Part shown: positions 51,965-64,000 of the stretch, in pieces | Position numbering within the stretch: the first letter of the stretch is position 1 | Layout: every line of letters begins with the position of its first letter | Origin: Oikopleura dioica | Taxonomy: Eukaryota > Animalia > Chordata | Length of the DNA stretch: 64,000 nt | Reading direction: 5' to 3' | Assembly (NCBI GenBank): GCA_907165135.1 | Contig: OU015569.1 | Coordinates: 9,238,001-9,302,000, forward strand | Made by a program: the position numbers and the translations under genes | Notes under the pieces: generated by a model | Databases searched by the model: none | The model's input: only the letters and a program-made list of their open reading frames with translations | What the model was told of the DNA's origin: nothing

Positions 51965-54941
51965 GGCTTAGGTGGGTATTTAAAAGACGGACAGTCGGCG
52001 CTATATCGTCGGATGGGGGCGCTAAACGCGCAAGAAATTAGGCAATCGTGCTTATGATTCGCGAACGACTTCTTTAATTCCTTCCCAATATCAAGAAATG
52101 CGATAGGAATAAACACTCAAGACATCAATCAGACGAAATTGATGACGGCAAGATCAAAACAATTTCAAATTGGTTTCTCCAACTCATATCTTCTATTTCC
52201 TATCGTTAGATGCAATTAAGACAAACTCCCATAATCGTCGTCTCATTCCAAGGTAATTTTTTAGGAATGATTTGTTGTTTCTGATGATCCTTCAAATTTT
52301 ATTCTGAAGAGCTTACGCGTTTATCACGAAAACTTGAATATCATTGTTTGAAAAGATTCTCTTCTATGATTTCAACGGTGAAAGTTTCCACCAAAGTCAG
52401 CACAAGTATCATTTCGAATTAGCTTCAAAAGATTTATGAGTTTGAAAGCGGTTAATGAAATTTCTGCGTGTTAATTGTTTCAATTATCGTCATCAAACGA
52501 TAAGTCAAACATGTTCGATTTAGTATCCCTCGATTTCGAATCGGTTAATGTAAGCGCCAAATTCGGAAGAAATTAGCATAAATTCGATATTACATGATTG
52601 GAATCGCCAAATTAAACCAGTGGAATTGAGAATATATCTGGAACGGATTTTTATTGAATTCTGTCAGCCCGACAGATTCGACTGTTAGAGTATTTCCCGA
52701 CGGAATCTAGACGCCGTCGCTGAAGATTTTCCTTCTTGCTTTTCAGTTTTCCTTCTTCCTGGCACTTTCAAGGCGGACAATGTAATGACTCGAGAATCCT
52801 CAAAATCTGCTAGTCACTGAGAAGTCTCTAGAATCTTTAAAGAACACTTTACAGTAACTAGAAATATTTAAAAATCTAATTAGATTGCGAGTTGTCAACT
52901 GAAAGTGTATTTTTGTGATTATCCCATCTAACCTGCCTATAGTGGAAATTAAATTGGGCGATGATCAGTAACAGCTCAGCTCTAAAGCAGGCTCGATAAT
53001 ATCGGGCCGTCTAATGAATTACTTTAACACTGCAAAAAATTGTTTCCTTTTATCCACTAGCCCTAAGTTTGGGCTCATGAAATGATTTCTGTATTTGTCG
53101 GAGATGGCGAACTCGTACGTCAAAACTAGTATTAATACAATTCGAAACCTTCGTTTATGGTCCAAATGCATGGTCCGAGCCACGTGTAAATCGATAGACT
53201 ATTTTTGAAACGGGAAGGAATATCCTGTTAGAGGTGTTTTATCTGTGTCTGTTCAAATAGAAAAGGGCTTCCGATTTCCGCTGGATTTTATGAATGCTTC
53301 TATATGTAAAAGCAGGTGTACTTTTCTCGAGTCGCTAAATCGCAAAGTCTATTATTCAGAAAGCCCATCCTAATTACATAAACGTCTTGAGCGCAGAAAC
53401 AGCAATTTTAAAAATACGAATAAAAGAGAACGAAAATGAAGCTTTTATGTCTACTGGCGTCAATTGGTGTTTGCTCTGGTGGCGTTTGCAATGAGCATAA
53501 CTGCAAATCAGTAAATTGACAGTCAAGGATAAAATAAGAACTTGAATGTAGTGTTTCAATGTAGTGGCCGCTTCGCTGAGTGAAGAAAAACCAAAACTCT
53601 GGTATGCTTGTAAACGACTAATTAATACGCGCTACTGCTGCTCGTCTTACTTCCAGGTCCGGCTAAAACTTTGTTCAACGCCATTTCAGTAGAATTTTTG
53701 TTGAACATTATAAAGGGAGAAAACCTGCTCTTTGCGACCTGCGATTCCCAAGATGGTTGTAGGTATTTCATTGTTGTTGTCAAGACTATAAAAAGAATTT
53801 TCTCAGCTGTCCCATTGTCGGAGCAAGGAAAGATATCAAAGAAGGCATGGGAATTCATTCTTCAGAAATTGATCATTGATGTCTTTAGTCTTCTGACATT
53901 GTTGATTCCCATGGAATGAGAAACGATAATGCAAATAGACGATGCTGTTTATGAGCATTATCCGACTGAAAGTCAACTATGTGATACTCAAGTTAAGGGC
54001 TCGGACTATTAAGCATTCCATTTTTTTGAAACTTAGCCAGCCTTCTTTAAGCTAATAATGTTTCCTCGGGATCGATAAGTTTTCTTGCTCTAGAAAGGGT
54101 TTAATTCGTTTCTTTGAAAACATTAAAGAAATCTAATGGTTTAGATAAATTTTGTTATTATGTGAACACAGATTGCATCCTCCCACAGCTTTCCTTAGCG
54201 TATGTATTCTCATCATCATTGGACTAATTTGGCGGAGGTAATTGAAATATTCTTTTCGAATCGGGGGAGAATTTGGCATGTTAGTTTGAGTAATCGTCTA
54301 TTTGAAAGGATGTGGTCTAGACAAAAAAGCTGAATGAATATGGTTCAAGTATGATCCATTAAAGATTCTTCGGTTTCATTTCCATAGTGGAAACGATTCC
54401 GTCAAAGGCGTTACGGTCGAATCCTTTATGGTCTAGTCGCTACTTTTTTATCGCCAAATCGCCTAACGACTAGACGGAATTTCAAACTTCCATTGGGTCC
54501 GATTCCACCCTCCTTTGCTAGTAAATGTTTAGGAGAAGGAGCTATGAGAACGCATCAAGTGGTGTTGCATCTTCTGTTTGAGTTTTCAAATATCATTTTC
54601 GTCTGCTCGAATATGTTTCAGATTTAAAACTCATTGAAGGTGCTCTTTCGGCATTACTTAATATCGTACCAATTATGGATTTGAAGTCAAAACGCCCCTC
54701 ATTCCGCCGGAGATCGGAGGTACATCCGTCCACATCGAATTTCGCGCTGGGAAGAGTTTTATATTAAATGAAGTCAAGTTATTACTATAAACTTATTAGA
54801 AAGAAAAGAAGAAAAACTCGGAAAAAGACAGCTATACATGATGCCGATTAGCTTTTCTGAAAAAAACCTTGAATTGTTCTAGAAGACGAAAATATACACT
54901 AACGCAAACATTGTTGTTGTTTCTTTGCAGATAAATCAACT

Positions 54942-56036
54942 ATGCCAAAAAAGCGAGGTAAAGTGGCAGGTTGGGGTTTTAAGCGAAGCAGATGCGTTCG
55001 AAAAGATGTGTCTACGTCAAACTCGGAAACTAAATTGATCAGAGCTATATTTGGAATTTTCAATATATGTGGAAAACTTTAATGACATTCTCATTATTGA
55101 CGTAGTATGTTGCATTGAAGGCTCAAATACTCGCAAAACTCGCTCAAGATAGTCTTCCTCCTATAGATGACCCGCTTATAGACCAAGCAGCGCGAATAAT
55201 AAAGGACCAGAGGTAATTATTCTCAGTCTAGACCAGGGCTACAAATTTTGTTTTTAGCCAGTCCTTGAAGTCTGACCTGGAAGCGGCAATAGACAAGAAG
55301 CTCAAGCAGAAGATAAAATCGCAGCAAGCGGAAATCCAAAATTTGAGACACTGCATAGACCAACTTAAAGCAGACAATCAAGGAGTAGGAAACTATAATC
55401 AAGCTGTACTCTAATTCGATTAAGCTCTACAAAAATGCTGACTCGAAGCTAATGCAACTTGATGATGCCGTCAAAAAGATAACACAGATGGCGGACGAGC
55501 TGAATTATATCAAGACGCAAAGTGTCAAACTCAAGGAAGGAATTTTGAAAGACTGAATTTATTACTTGCTATTTCTTCTTTTGTTGCTCGTTACATTCAC
55601 GAGTCTTACTTCAATCCAGGGGTGGATATTTTGATTTCAAATTTTGAAATTCTTAAAAAGGAAGACTGTAATTTCATCAAACAAAAATTTGAAGAAACGT
55701 CTTTAACGATTTCCAATTCACTTGAAAATTTGGGAGATTTGGTGAATCAGAAAGCGTCAGAAGGAGATGAAGTTGCAGAAGCCGTTGAGAGTCTGAAAGC
55801 GGACATCGAAGCCCATCAGCAAAATATTGAGACCAAATTGGACACAAACCAGCAAGAAATAGATGACCAGATCAACGAGATTCGTAAAGAGATAGGAATG
55901 GGTACAAATTCTTCCTCAATAGTAACGGGATGATAATTTATAAGACTAAATTTTGCTTTACCCAAAATAAGTCAATGCAATCAACAAAGCTGGGAAAGAA
56001 GCTCAAAAGCACGGATCTTGCTGCGTTATTGTGTAA
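54942..56036 (+). CDS. Coiled-coil protein with basic N-terminus and C-terminal CaaX box (..HGSCCVIV*)
   Basis: ATG 54942 MPKKRG. Heptad exons (55259-55383, 55426-55539, 55620-55901); last exon 55972-56036 joined in frame through GT-AG. The 5' exons are less certain. Confidence 0.65.
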
Positions 56037-56282
56037 CAAATTTATTTCCTTCCACTTGCATTATTTACTCTAATAGACTATTATCACTATATGTCTTGTT
56101 TGTTTCGATTCGAGTTCAGGAGAGCATGTGAGTAGACTAGTTTGGGTCCTAGTCTTGACGTCTGCGGGTAACAAATATTTTGAGTCTCGCGTCTTTTACT
56201 GTGCATGAGATAGCGTGAATGAAAGTTTGCGCGCATTGTGAACGCATATTTAGATAAATTATCTATTTTTGTATTATACAAA

Positions 56283-57582
56283 ATGAAAAAATACAGAGTA
56301 AAAATGATCAACGGAGGATCTTTTTCAAACATTGACATAGCACTCGAATTCGAGTGCAATGAAGGTAATTTACGATTGCTTTGCTGGTTGAATACTTCCA
56401 CTAAATAAAATTTAAGCTAATGATCTGGTCGAACAAATAAAAGAAACTTTCGAAGTCCCTCACGAAGCCAATATTAAACTCTGCTACCGCGGAAAGTTTA
56501 TTGAAAAGCTTCCATCGATCAATAATGCTTTAATTCATGCGAGTGTGCTGAATACTTCTACATCTGGGTTCATATTCTCAACCGGGGGAGAGGAGATTCC
56601 GTTTCGGAGTGAGATTCTCGATGCCTTCAATTTTATTCGAGGTAAGCTTAAGAGAACCGCTCGTTTAGTAAATTTCCCATCTAGAAAAACTGTCAGACGA
56701 TCAGTATGCGAAGACTCGGGAGAATATCGCTGATATCATAAAAACGGCGCTCTCAAAACGTTACATGAATCATTCTCAAGTCTGTAAAGCGGACCAGTAT
56801 GGTGCTAGAAGCGCTGCGTCCTATGGTAAATAAGTTGGAGCGATATAAATAATCTGACTTCTCATTAAGAACTCTTTTTGGATTGTCTCAGGATAAAAGT
56901 TTTACGTCGTAGATATGCAATCCAGGAGCTTTTGCTTTCTATATATAATGAAGTTAAAGAACCAATTAGCGAAACAGCAGTGGTTAGAGAAGTGTCAGGT
57001 ATGGTTAGAATATAAAACTGCCTGTTAAACCTAACCCAAAAAATAGATCCGAATTTTGCACAGCCGAGATCGACAGTGCCCCTTATACAGAATCTTCATA
57101 GTTTGTCGAGCAACTCACAAACGCAAGAAGAACAGCCCGTTCCAATTCAAGATCCTCATCGAACTGGAATGATTACTGCACCGATAACGACCGACATGTT
57201 GAGAAATGCTTTACTCGCGACAGAGGAGCACATGCGAGCGGTACAGAATTCCAATATTCTCACAGACTACTAATAGCTTCTTTAGACTGGCCAAACAGTG
57301 GAAAATATGGTTGAATCTACCCCTGAGAATCGAAATATCGAGTCTGCCGCGCAAGAAATCCTAGCCGAGATCGCGGCCTTAGCGACGAATGTGGAAAACG
57401 GTCTAGAAAAATTGAGAGAAATGGGGCTTCTTGATTCCATTGGAGAAGGTGAAAGAAAGAGAAGTAAAATCCTCAATCCTTGATTTTCAGACGCCGCGCG
57501 AAGGATTCTCCAGGACATGGGTGGAAACATCGATGCTACTGTTGAAACTATCATGCGAAACTGGGATTCCCTGCAAAAGTAA
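56283..57582 (+). CDS. UBL7: UBL-UBA protein, UBL7-like
   Basis: N-terminal UBL (DLVEQIKETFEVPHEANIKLCYRGKFIEK), PITTDMLRNALLA motif (recalls UBL7 PITNDLFSQAL), C-terminal UBA LEKLREMGLLD..DAARRILQDMGGNIDATVETI; stop TAA 57580-57582 overlaps AATAAA. Confidence 0.65.
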
Positions 57583-57687
57583 TAAAACGAAATACTTATA
57601 AAAAAGAAAACAATTATATTTCCGGGCAGTGTAAATGAGCAGATATATTTTGACTTGTTGTAGTTGGTTGGTGAATACATGTATCGT

Positions 57688-59302
57688 TCATGCGGCCAGT
57701 TTCACTTTCGGCATTCGACACCTATTCAGGCGTTCAAGCACTAGAATTAACTTGGGGACTAATATTTGACAATCACAAAATACCTAGATCATACATGGCA
57801 AATATCGCCTCGAAATCTGTCTGCAGCTTCTGTTTTCTCTCATCGTCAGATATAACTGGTGAGTGGTCCATTGGAACCTTTGAGTCAGGTAAAATGGCAG
57901 CTCTCTTTATTTGCACTTTTTTCTTGAAAGCAGAGTTCAGTCTTGCTTTTATCATCAGTCGGTAACTTGTAATAAGTCCTTCGTTCGACTAAATTGAAGC
58001 ATCGAAGTTTGTCTTTATTATAATTGATCTTACTCGAGGTATCAGGTTGAGAAGTAAAATCTCGAAGCATCGACGAGACTGGCCCTCACACATCTTCCCG
58101 AGTTGCCTCGCAGCTTGAACAAAAGCAGAGCGATGCTTCGTGTAGTACTTTACTTTTGGCCCGCGGAACTCCTCCTGTTCCATCAGAAATTCAACGTCAA
58201 CGAAATCTCGCGTTCGTTGAAAGTCTTCGTTCGGGTCTTCCGCTGTAAGTTCCCAAACGTCATTTCTCTATAAGTAAAATCATTCTCCCGAATATGACCA
58301 GACAACTAACGGTATAAAAACGTCTAATTTGGCGGAGAAGCTCAGCACCTATTCCCTGCCGTTGAAATGGTGGTAGAACCAACATTTGGCTTAAATTGTT
58401 GTAAGTTAAGGTTGTTTCAAGAAAATACTCACGAAATGCGTGGTCGATACAGTCTACTCGTGATCTTGTTCTTCTGGAATGTTATGTACTTGAACACAGT
58501 CGAAAAGCCGGCGGGGGCCCAACGAGGCTCGCCACTTTCTTCATCTTTGAATCGTTCATAACAAATGAAAAACTCCCATTGCTCGTCATCAAGGTCAATA
58601 TAAATTCCACCGTCGACATACCAGAGGACGAATGTCTCCAATCTTTGATACCACTAAATGAAAAATAGAAACACGCTGATGAAATTGCTCTGACCTCTCT
58701 GAATCCAGGGCATTGCGTGTTACAAAAATATATCTCATAATGCCGAGTGCTGCTATCTTGCAAAGTATTGTAGACGACATTGAGCTCATGAAGTTTTCGT
58801 CCAAATGGTTTGAATTTCTTATCTTGACGAATCAGGTCCGCGAAATGCTCAATACTCTGAGCGCCGTTTTCCTGCTATATCGGAGGATAATAACTCATAC
58901 TGCCGCATATAATTACATCCTTGATTTTATTACCCTTTCCTGTAAAATTTCCTGCTTGATGAAAGCTTCCTCTACATTGTCCGGCTCGATTCCATCCAGG
59001 GTCTTTGGAATCGCTTCAGTATACGTTTTTCTGTAGTATTGATTCAATTTGGATGCGGTGAAGAACAGCTCAATCTTCAAATCGCTGTACCCGAAAATCA
59101 GTTCATTCTTGTCCTCTCCAAGTACGTTCACTGCGTAATCTGGCTTAAACGGCTGAAAACTGTAAGAAACCGCGGTCGATAAGTTTCTTACCTTTGCCTT
59201 ATCGATATCGGCTACGGTTCTACAGAGTTTGAACTCGACGACGTCGCAAGCTTTGTGGAGAAATTTGGACGTAACTTCGTCACCTTCCCTTATCGAGTCC
59301 AT
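57688..59302 (-). CDS. HAT1: Histone acetyltransferase type B catalytic subunit
   Basis: VVEFKLCR...FKPDYAVNVLGEDKNELIFGYSDLKIELFF; FVLWYVDGGIYIDLDDEQWEFF; AGFSTVFKY...RPRIS; C-terminal VLERL; multi-exon. Confidence 0.9.
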
Positions 59303-59331
59303 TCTAAATAAAATGTAATACTACCAGCGTT
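59303..59331 (-). promoter_or_regulatory. 29-nt intercistronic spacer with U-rich tract and AG (putative SL trans-splice acceptor)
   Basis: TRNT1 stop (59332-59334) is followed by AACGCTGGTAGTATTACATTTTATTTAG-A-ATG(HAT1); no room for a promoter. Confidence 0.7.
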
Positions 59332-61008
59332 CTATCTTTTCTTGGGCTTGACATATTTTCTATCAGGAGTCATAATTCCTTCTTCAATTAATTTGACAAG
59401 AATTGCCTCCATTTTATGCAGAAGATCGTCTTTCGTTGGCGCGAAAAGACCGTCTATCCAATTGTTACGAAGCTGAAAATTCATTTAAAACGGAAAGCGC
59501 AGTCCAATCAACCTTTGAATGTATTATCATTAAAAGCGGCCCTTTCTCGATGCCATGTTCGGTCGTAAGGCTAGTTGCTGACGGAATGGGGCAATCTGGG
59601 ATGGTGAAATCTTAATTTATTAAGATAAATACGAGACATTCTTTGTAGTTTTATAGGCCACCTTTGACGGCTTGGACTACACTCGTCGTCTCGTCATTGT
59701 AAATTGCTAACTGAACAGCCCAGTCTTCATCGAAGGATGATATTCTCTTATGAATTTCGGTTTTCGTGAACATATTGAGCCGGAGCTTCGCGCGTAGCTT
59801 CAAATAGAACTCAATTTTGTTCTCTTCGGGAACGCGATGAGAGGCCAGCTTAGTTATCGCCATGGCTGCTCCAAATTCATTTTTCGACCACTTGAGCTTT
59901 TTGTCAATCATCTCAACCATCAGTGGACTGCCGGCCAGGACTGCAACTTTTACCATTGGTGACGCGCTGACGAAAAATATTTATTCGTTTTATTTCTACA
60001 CTTACTGTTCGTGAAGTGACACTGAATCATATCTCGTTAGTTGTTCTTCGGATATCTTCTCAGGAAATCCCATATGCTTTGCCATGTCTTCAAGTGGGTC
60101 CCGAAGTAAGATCAAATGATGGCTATCGATCAAAGTACTTTTTAAATTAAACAGGAACCTTTCCTAGTTCATACATGTATCGGACGAAGAATTTATCGAA
60201 GGGCTGGCTAAGAATTTTGACCATTTCCGACCAAATACGTTCGCCAGATATACCAGCCAAGCCAGCAGCATTTTGCTTGATAGCCAATAAATGCTCTCTA
60301 CAGTGATTGTCAGCCTTCTCTGATATTCTAGAATAGAAGCGGAAATATCGCAGAATTCGCAAATAGTCTTCCTGGATTCGTTCCTCTGGGTGACCGACGA
60401 ATCGAATGTTGCGCGATTTTAAATCCTCTTGTCCATTAAAATAATCAATCACTTCGCCCTCGAAAGTCAGAAACATGCTGTTTATCGTTAAATCTCTGCG
60501 ATTGGCATCGACTCGCCAGTCTGTTGTAAATTCAACTTCAGCGTGCCGTCCGTCCGTTACTTTGTCGATCCGCAGCGTCGTTATCTCATAGTTCACCTCG
60601 TCGATGTGCGCGGTCACCGTTCCGTGTTTAATCCTGCCAAAGAGTGCACACAGCTCAAAAACACCCATTTGATCAAATTCAATGCAAATGCAACCCCTTT
60701 CCCGTTGGCGTTGATCGTATCAATTTTTTCTTTCTCCATCATTTCTAGCATTTCTTCGGGCGTCGCCGTTGTGGCGAGATCGACATCGGACGGGCACTTG
60801 CCGAGCAAGAGATCTCTAGGAGCCCCTGAAGTCAATTTGATCTCTAATAACCCCTGCGATCTAAGTTACCTCCTGCTATTCTCAAATCTTTGCTATGTTC
60901 GTCGAAGATCCTTTTCAGTCTCCACAATGCAGGATTTAATAATTTCTCAAAGTTCACCTCGCCTTTTAATGACATTCTACGGACAGAACTCATCAATCGC
61001 ACGCTCAT
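59332..61008 (-). CDS. TRNT1: CCA-adding tRNA nucleotidyltransferase (class II)
   Basis: [36 protein letters not shown]...[61 protein letters not shown]; C-terminal ...LRNNWIDG...KPKKR*. Confidence 0.93.
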
Positions 61009-61156
61009 CGCATGTTATCTTTAATTTTATTTACTTTACCAAATTATCAGAGCATGATTATCAATATTAATAATTTTGTACAGTTTCGTTATTTAGAAAT
61101 GGGCTTTTATAAATAGGCAGATGAGAATAAATACGAAAAAAGGAAAATTTCTGAAG

Positions 61157-64000
61157 CTAGTATGCCGCGTGCGCTTCTCCGTAGGCATTGTCGTGATCGT
61201 AAACATCGTCTAAATAAGTTCTTTCAAGTGTTCGCACTGTCTTAATCTTACCAAGCGTTTCGTTATCCAATTCGTGCAATTCCTTTTTCGTAAATATTTT
61301 GGGAAGAAGATAGTTGCGAATGGGAACACAAAGAACAAGGAAAAACGGAAAAGCAATAGCAAGAGGGCTGCTTTTAACTCCCCACAGTACACCAGTTAAG
61401 ACAACTTGTATGAGTGTAAACAAGTGAACACGAAGAGGCCGGACGATGCGGATATATCTGTAGTCAGGATGATATTTTGAGGGCATGAAAAACCTAAAAG
61501 GAGATATTTCACTTTTTGATATTATATTAACAAGAATTTCTTCTAATATAAAATTCGGACTTACAGTACAATCCGATCAATGAACTGGACGCCAACGAGT
61601 GAGACAACCCCCATGTAAAGAAAGATGCCAAAAAGAACAGCTGTCGGCACTTCCTTAAGAATTCTCCCCAATAGTACTGTTCCAAAAAGAAGCAATGAGC
61701 TGATGCTATAAAACAGTTAAAAGTTGTTTAATGAAATTATCGTAATTACAAGCCAGATACGCGCTGCTCATATGCACCAATAATTATTGGTCGTTCACCA
61801 GGGGCTAATTTTGCGCCATCAAAGCCTCCGGTAATTGTCACAGCATTGACGTGTGTGAGAGTTCGCACAGAGGCAGCACATAACCAAGGACATCCAAAAA
61901 CGGACAAGAGTCCATTCATGGTTCCTATCACAAAAATATCTAGGTGGTACGATACACCTTTTTTGAGTTTTCTATCGGGCCCAGAAATGATCATCTCTGC
62001 TAACTGCGACTCGACGAAGATGAGAATATAGCACAGAATAGCGAACGGAAGTGCGATGCCAATTTCAACTCCGCGTATAGGATGATCGTCTGTTCCCATC
62101 GGATTAATAAGCCAACCACCAAGTAGGTCACCTCCGTACTGGATACGCAGGTTTCGATCAGTCGGTACTAAAACAATGCTTATATTGGACTCGCGTATTA
62201 ATTTGAACATACCGATTCCTTCCGAAAGCGCATCTGGGACCGTCAGCTTGGGAGTGTAAACGGTGCTCCCCAATTGCGCACAAGCGACTATAATGAGCGC
62301 AATTGGCACACCGAAATCCCCAATTCTTCTCCTAATAGAAGATGATAGGAAGTTCGATCCTCGAAATGAACGAAGCAAAAACGCCAGTAGAAACGTTCCG
62401 AACAATAAAAGTGTGTACATGAAAGCAGTATTCGGATAAAAACCATCAATGTTCTCACACGTAGAATTGTTTGCTGAAGGATCAGTTCGAATGAAGAATT
62501 CTTCTAAGGTTTCCACAGGGTATTTTTTATAGGTCTATTAATTTATTAATTTTCTCATAAAGAAAACTACCTTTGCAAGCTTTTTGAATGATTCAACAAT
62601 AAAAATTAGCGAAATTAGGATGGAGAATATTTCTTCAGTGAATCTTGTGAACAAACTGATAAAGAATGAACACTCGAATGCTGTGAATGACCATGTTATC
62701 AGTAACATCCAAAAGCCGACCCACCATCTGAGGGCTAGAAAGTTGTACTCATTTGACTGGCAGAGGCTGTAAAGGGCTTCTTCGAAAACCACGTTAGGTC
62801 CCGTTATACCAACAATAAGCAAGGGTTGTCCTAAAAAGATCGAGCAGAATAATCCACCTGCAGCAGAGCCGATGACTGTTTCAGATACCCCAAGAAAACT
62901 GTCTGTCTTTTCTTCCAACAGACCTCCAAATGATACCGCCGGAGATAAGAGAGCAAAGTAGACAAATAACGCACTGATGAAGCAGTGTGAGTTAATTCCA
63001 TCCTTAATGTCTGAAAGGTAGAGCGGATATCTCCGTTTGATGTCATTGACCATCGCTCCCCAAAACTTCCCCGTTCGAAATAGCGGGTTCACAGTTTCTC
63101 CCTTCTCCTCAAGTTCTTTTTGGAATTCTACAATTCGTTTACGTTTGATCACTGCTGCTTGGTACTTTTCGATCGACTTCAGCAATCCTTTTTCCTCAAT
63201 TTGACCCGGAGGAAGAACGATTGAATCATCAAGAAACATCCGAATACTCTTCAAGAGATCTGTCTTTGATTCCGCCTCGTAAGCAGCATCGTGAAAGCTG
63301 GCATTAGACATAAGGGTAGAAATGGAACGCCCGACCTCGTGATAATCCATTTTGTCTTCTGGTCCAAGGAGAATGAAAACGAATCGAACAGGAATAGGTA
63401 AACTCAGAGCATCGCCGAGGTCGATGGCATGTCTGAGGCGGACGAATGCCATAACCGGATGCTGAAGAAATCCTACTTGTCCCACGAGAACAGATGTACT
63501 CTCGGCATTTGAAGCAATTTTCGACATGATTTTAGGAAGTTTTCTCGTGAATGTGGGTGAACGATCCTGATCTTCCTCAACTCTTTCTACTGCGTCGTAG
63601 AGATTGTCGTATAAATTTTTCGGCACGGGTAATTCATTATCATCTTCCTCGGGTTTAATAAGATCGGAGAAAATGTGGCTCCAGTCTTTGTAATTTTCCT
63701 TGATATGCTGCTTCGAGTGTTTGAGAAGAATGGCATTCATCACGGGAATAGAGTCAGATTGTCGGATCAGATCCTCATTCATCATCGCGTTGACAACTTT
63801 AGCGGCAATTTGTGGAAGAGATTTGGCATCAAGGTCCAGCAAGCAAACACCTTTTTCTATTCCCTTCCGAACCTCCCATAATGATTGGAAAGTCAAGCTC
63901 GCAATGAGAGGCTCTGACCAAACTTCATTTTCCTCGACATCCTCTTCAAACTTGATCCATCGGGCCTTTTCTTTCCATTGAAGCTCATTGTCTTTGCCAA
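61157..64000 (-). CDS. SLC4A2: SLC4 anion exchanger (AE/band-3 type); 5' end outside the window
   Basis: [11 protein letters not shown]...[113 protein letters not shown]. The paralog number is only approximate. Confidence 0.88.

Noticed and set aside
53374-53858. Signal-peptide-plus-KR 'neuropeptide precursor' ORF and the adjacent ORF
   Set aside because: Starts at TTG, splice phases to the upstream ORF hit stops, and AT-rich DNA readily gives hydrophobic translations.
54390-54485. tRNA-like boxes (GGTCGAATCC, TGGTCTAG) and a GTCTAGTCG...CGACTAGAC inverted repeat
   Set aside because: The B-box-like element precedes the A-box-like one and no cloverleaf forms; the 9-bp IR alone is weak evidence.
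1-64000. rRNA, SL RNA gene, CRISPR array, autonomous transposon
   Set aside because: No recognisable rRNA or spliced-leader sequence, no repeat-spacer array, and no transposase or reverse transcriptase motifs were seen by eye.

Overview
Compact, intron-rich animal genomic DNA (standard code). Very short introns (about 40-110 nt), apparent GA-AG introns, a 29-nt intercistronic spacer ending in an AG acceptor, and divergent stem-loop histone genes point to an appendicularian tunicate of the Oikopleura type (inference). Contents from left to right: (1) the 3' part of a giant (>6,300 aa, 5'-truncated) cysteine-repeat type-I membrane protein with a long coiled-coil cytoplasmic tail, almost all in one ~16-kb exon and broken by two -1 frame breaks at A-runs; (2) UBE2C-like, a spectrin-repeat DH-PH RhoGEF and hexokinase on the minus strand; (3) a possible germline/meiotic block made of a SYCP2-like gene carrying a TTAA-flanked piggyBac-type MITE in an intron, a divergent H2B/H2A variant pair on a mirror-symmetric promoter bracketed by a duplicated MSH4 3' end, and MSH4 itself; (4) FLRT-like, a poorly resolved multi-exon gene and an intronless Not homeobox gene; (5) a coiled-coil CaaX protein, UBL7-like, and a probable operon SLC4 anion exchanger > TRNT1 > HAT1. 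All gene models were spliced by eye and family calls rest on remembered motifs, not database searches.
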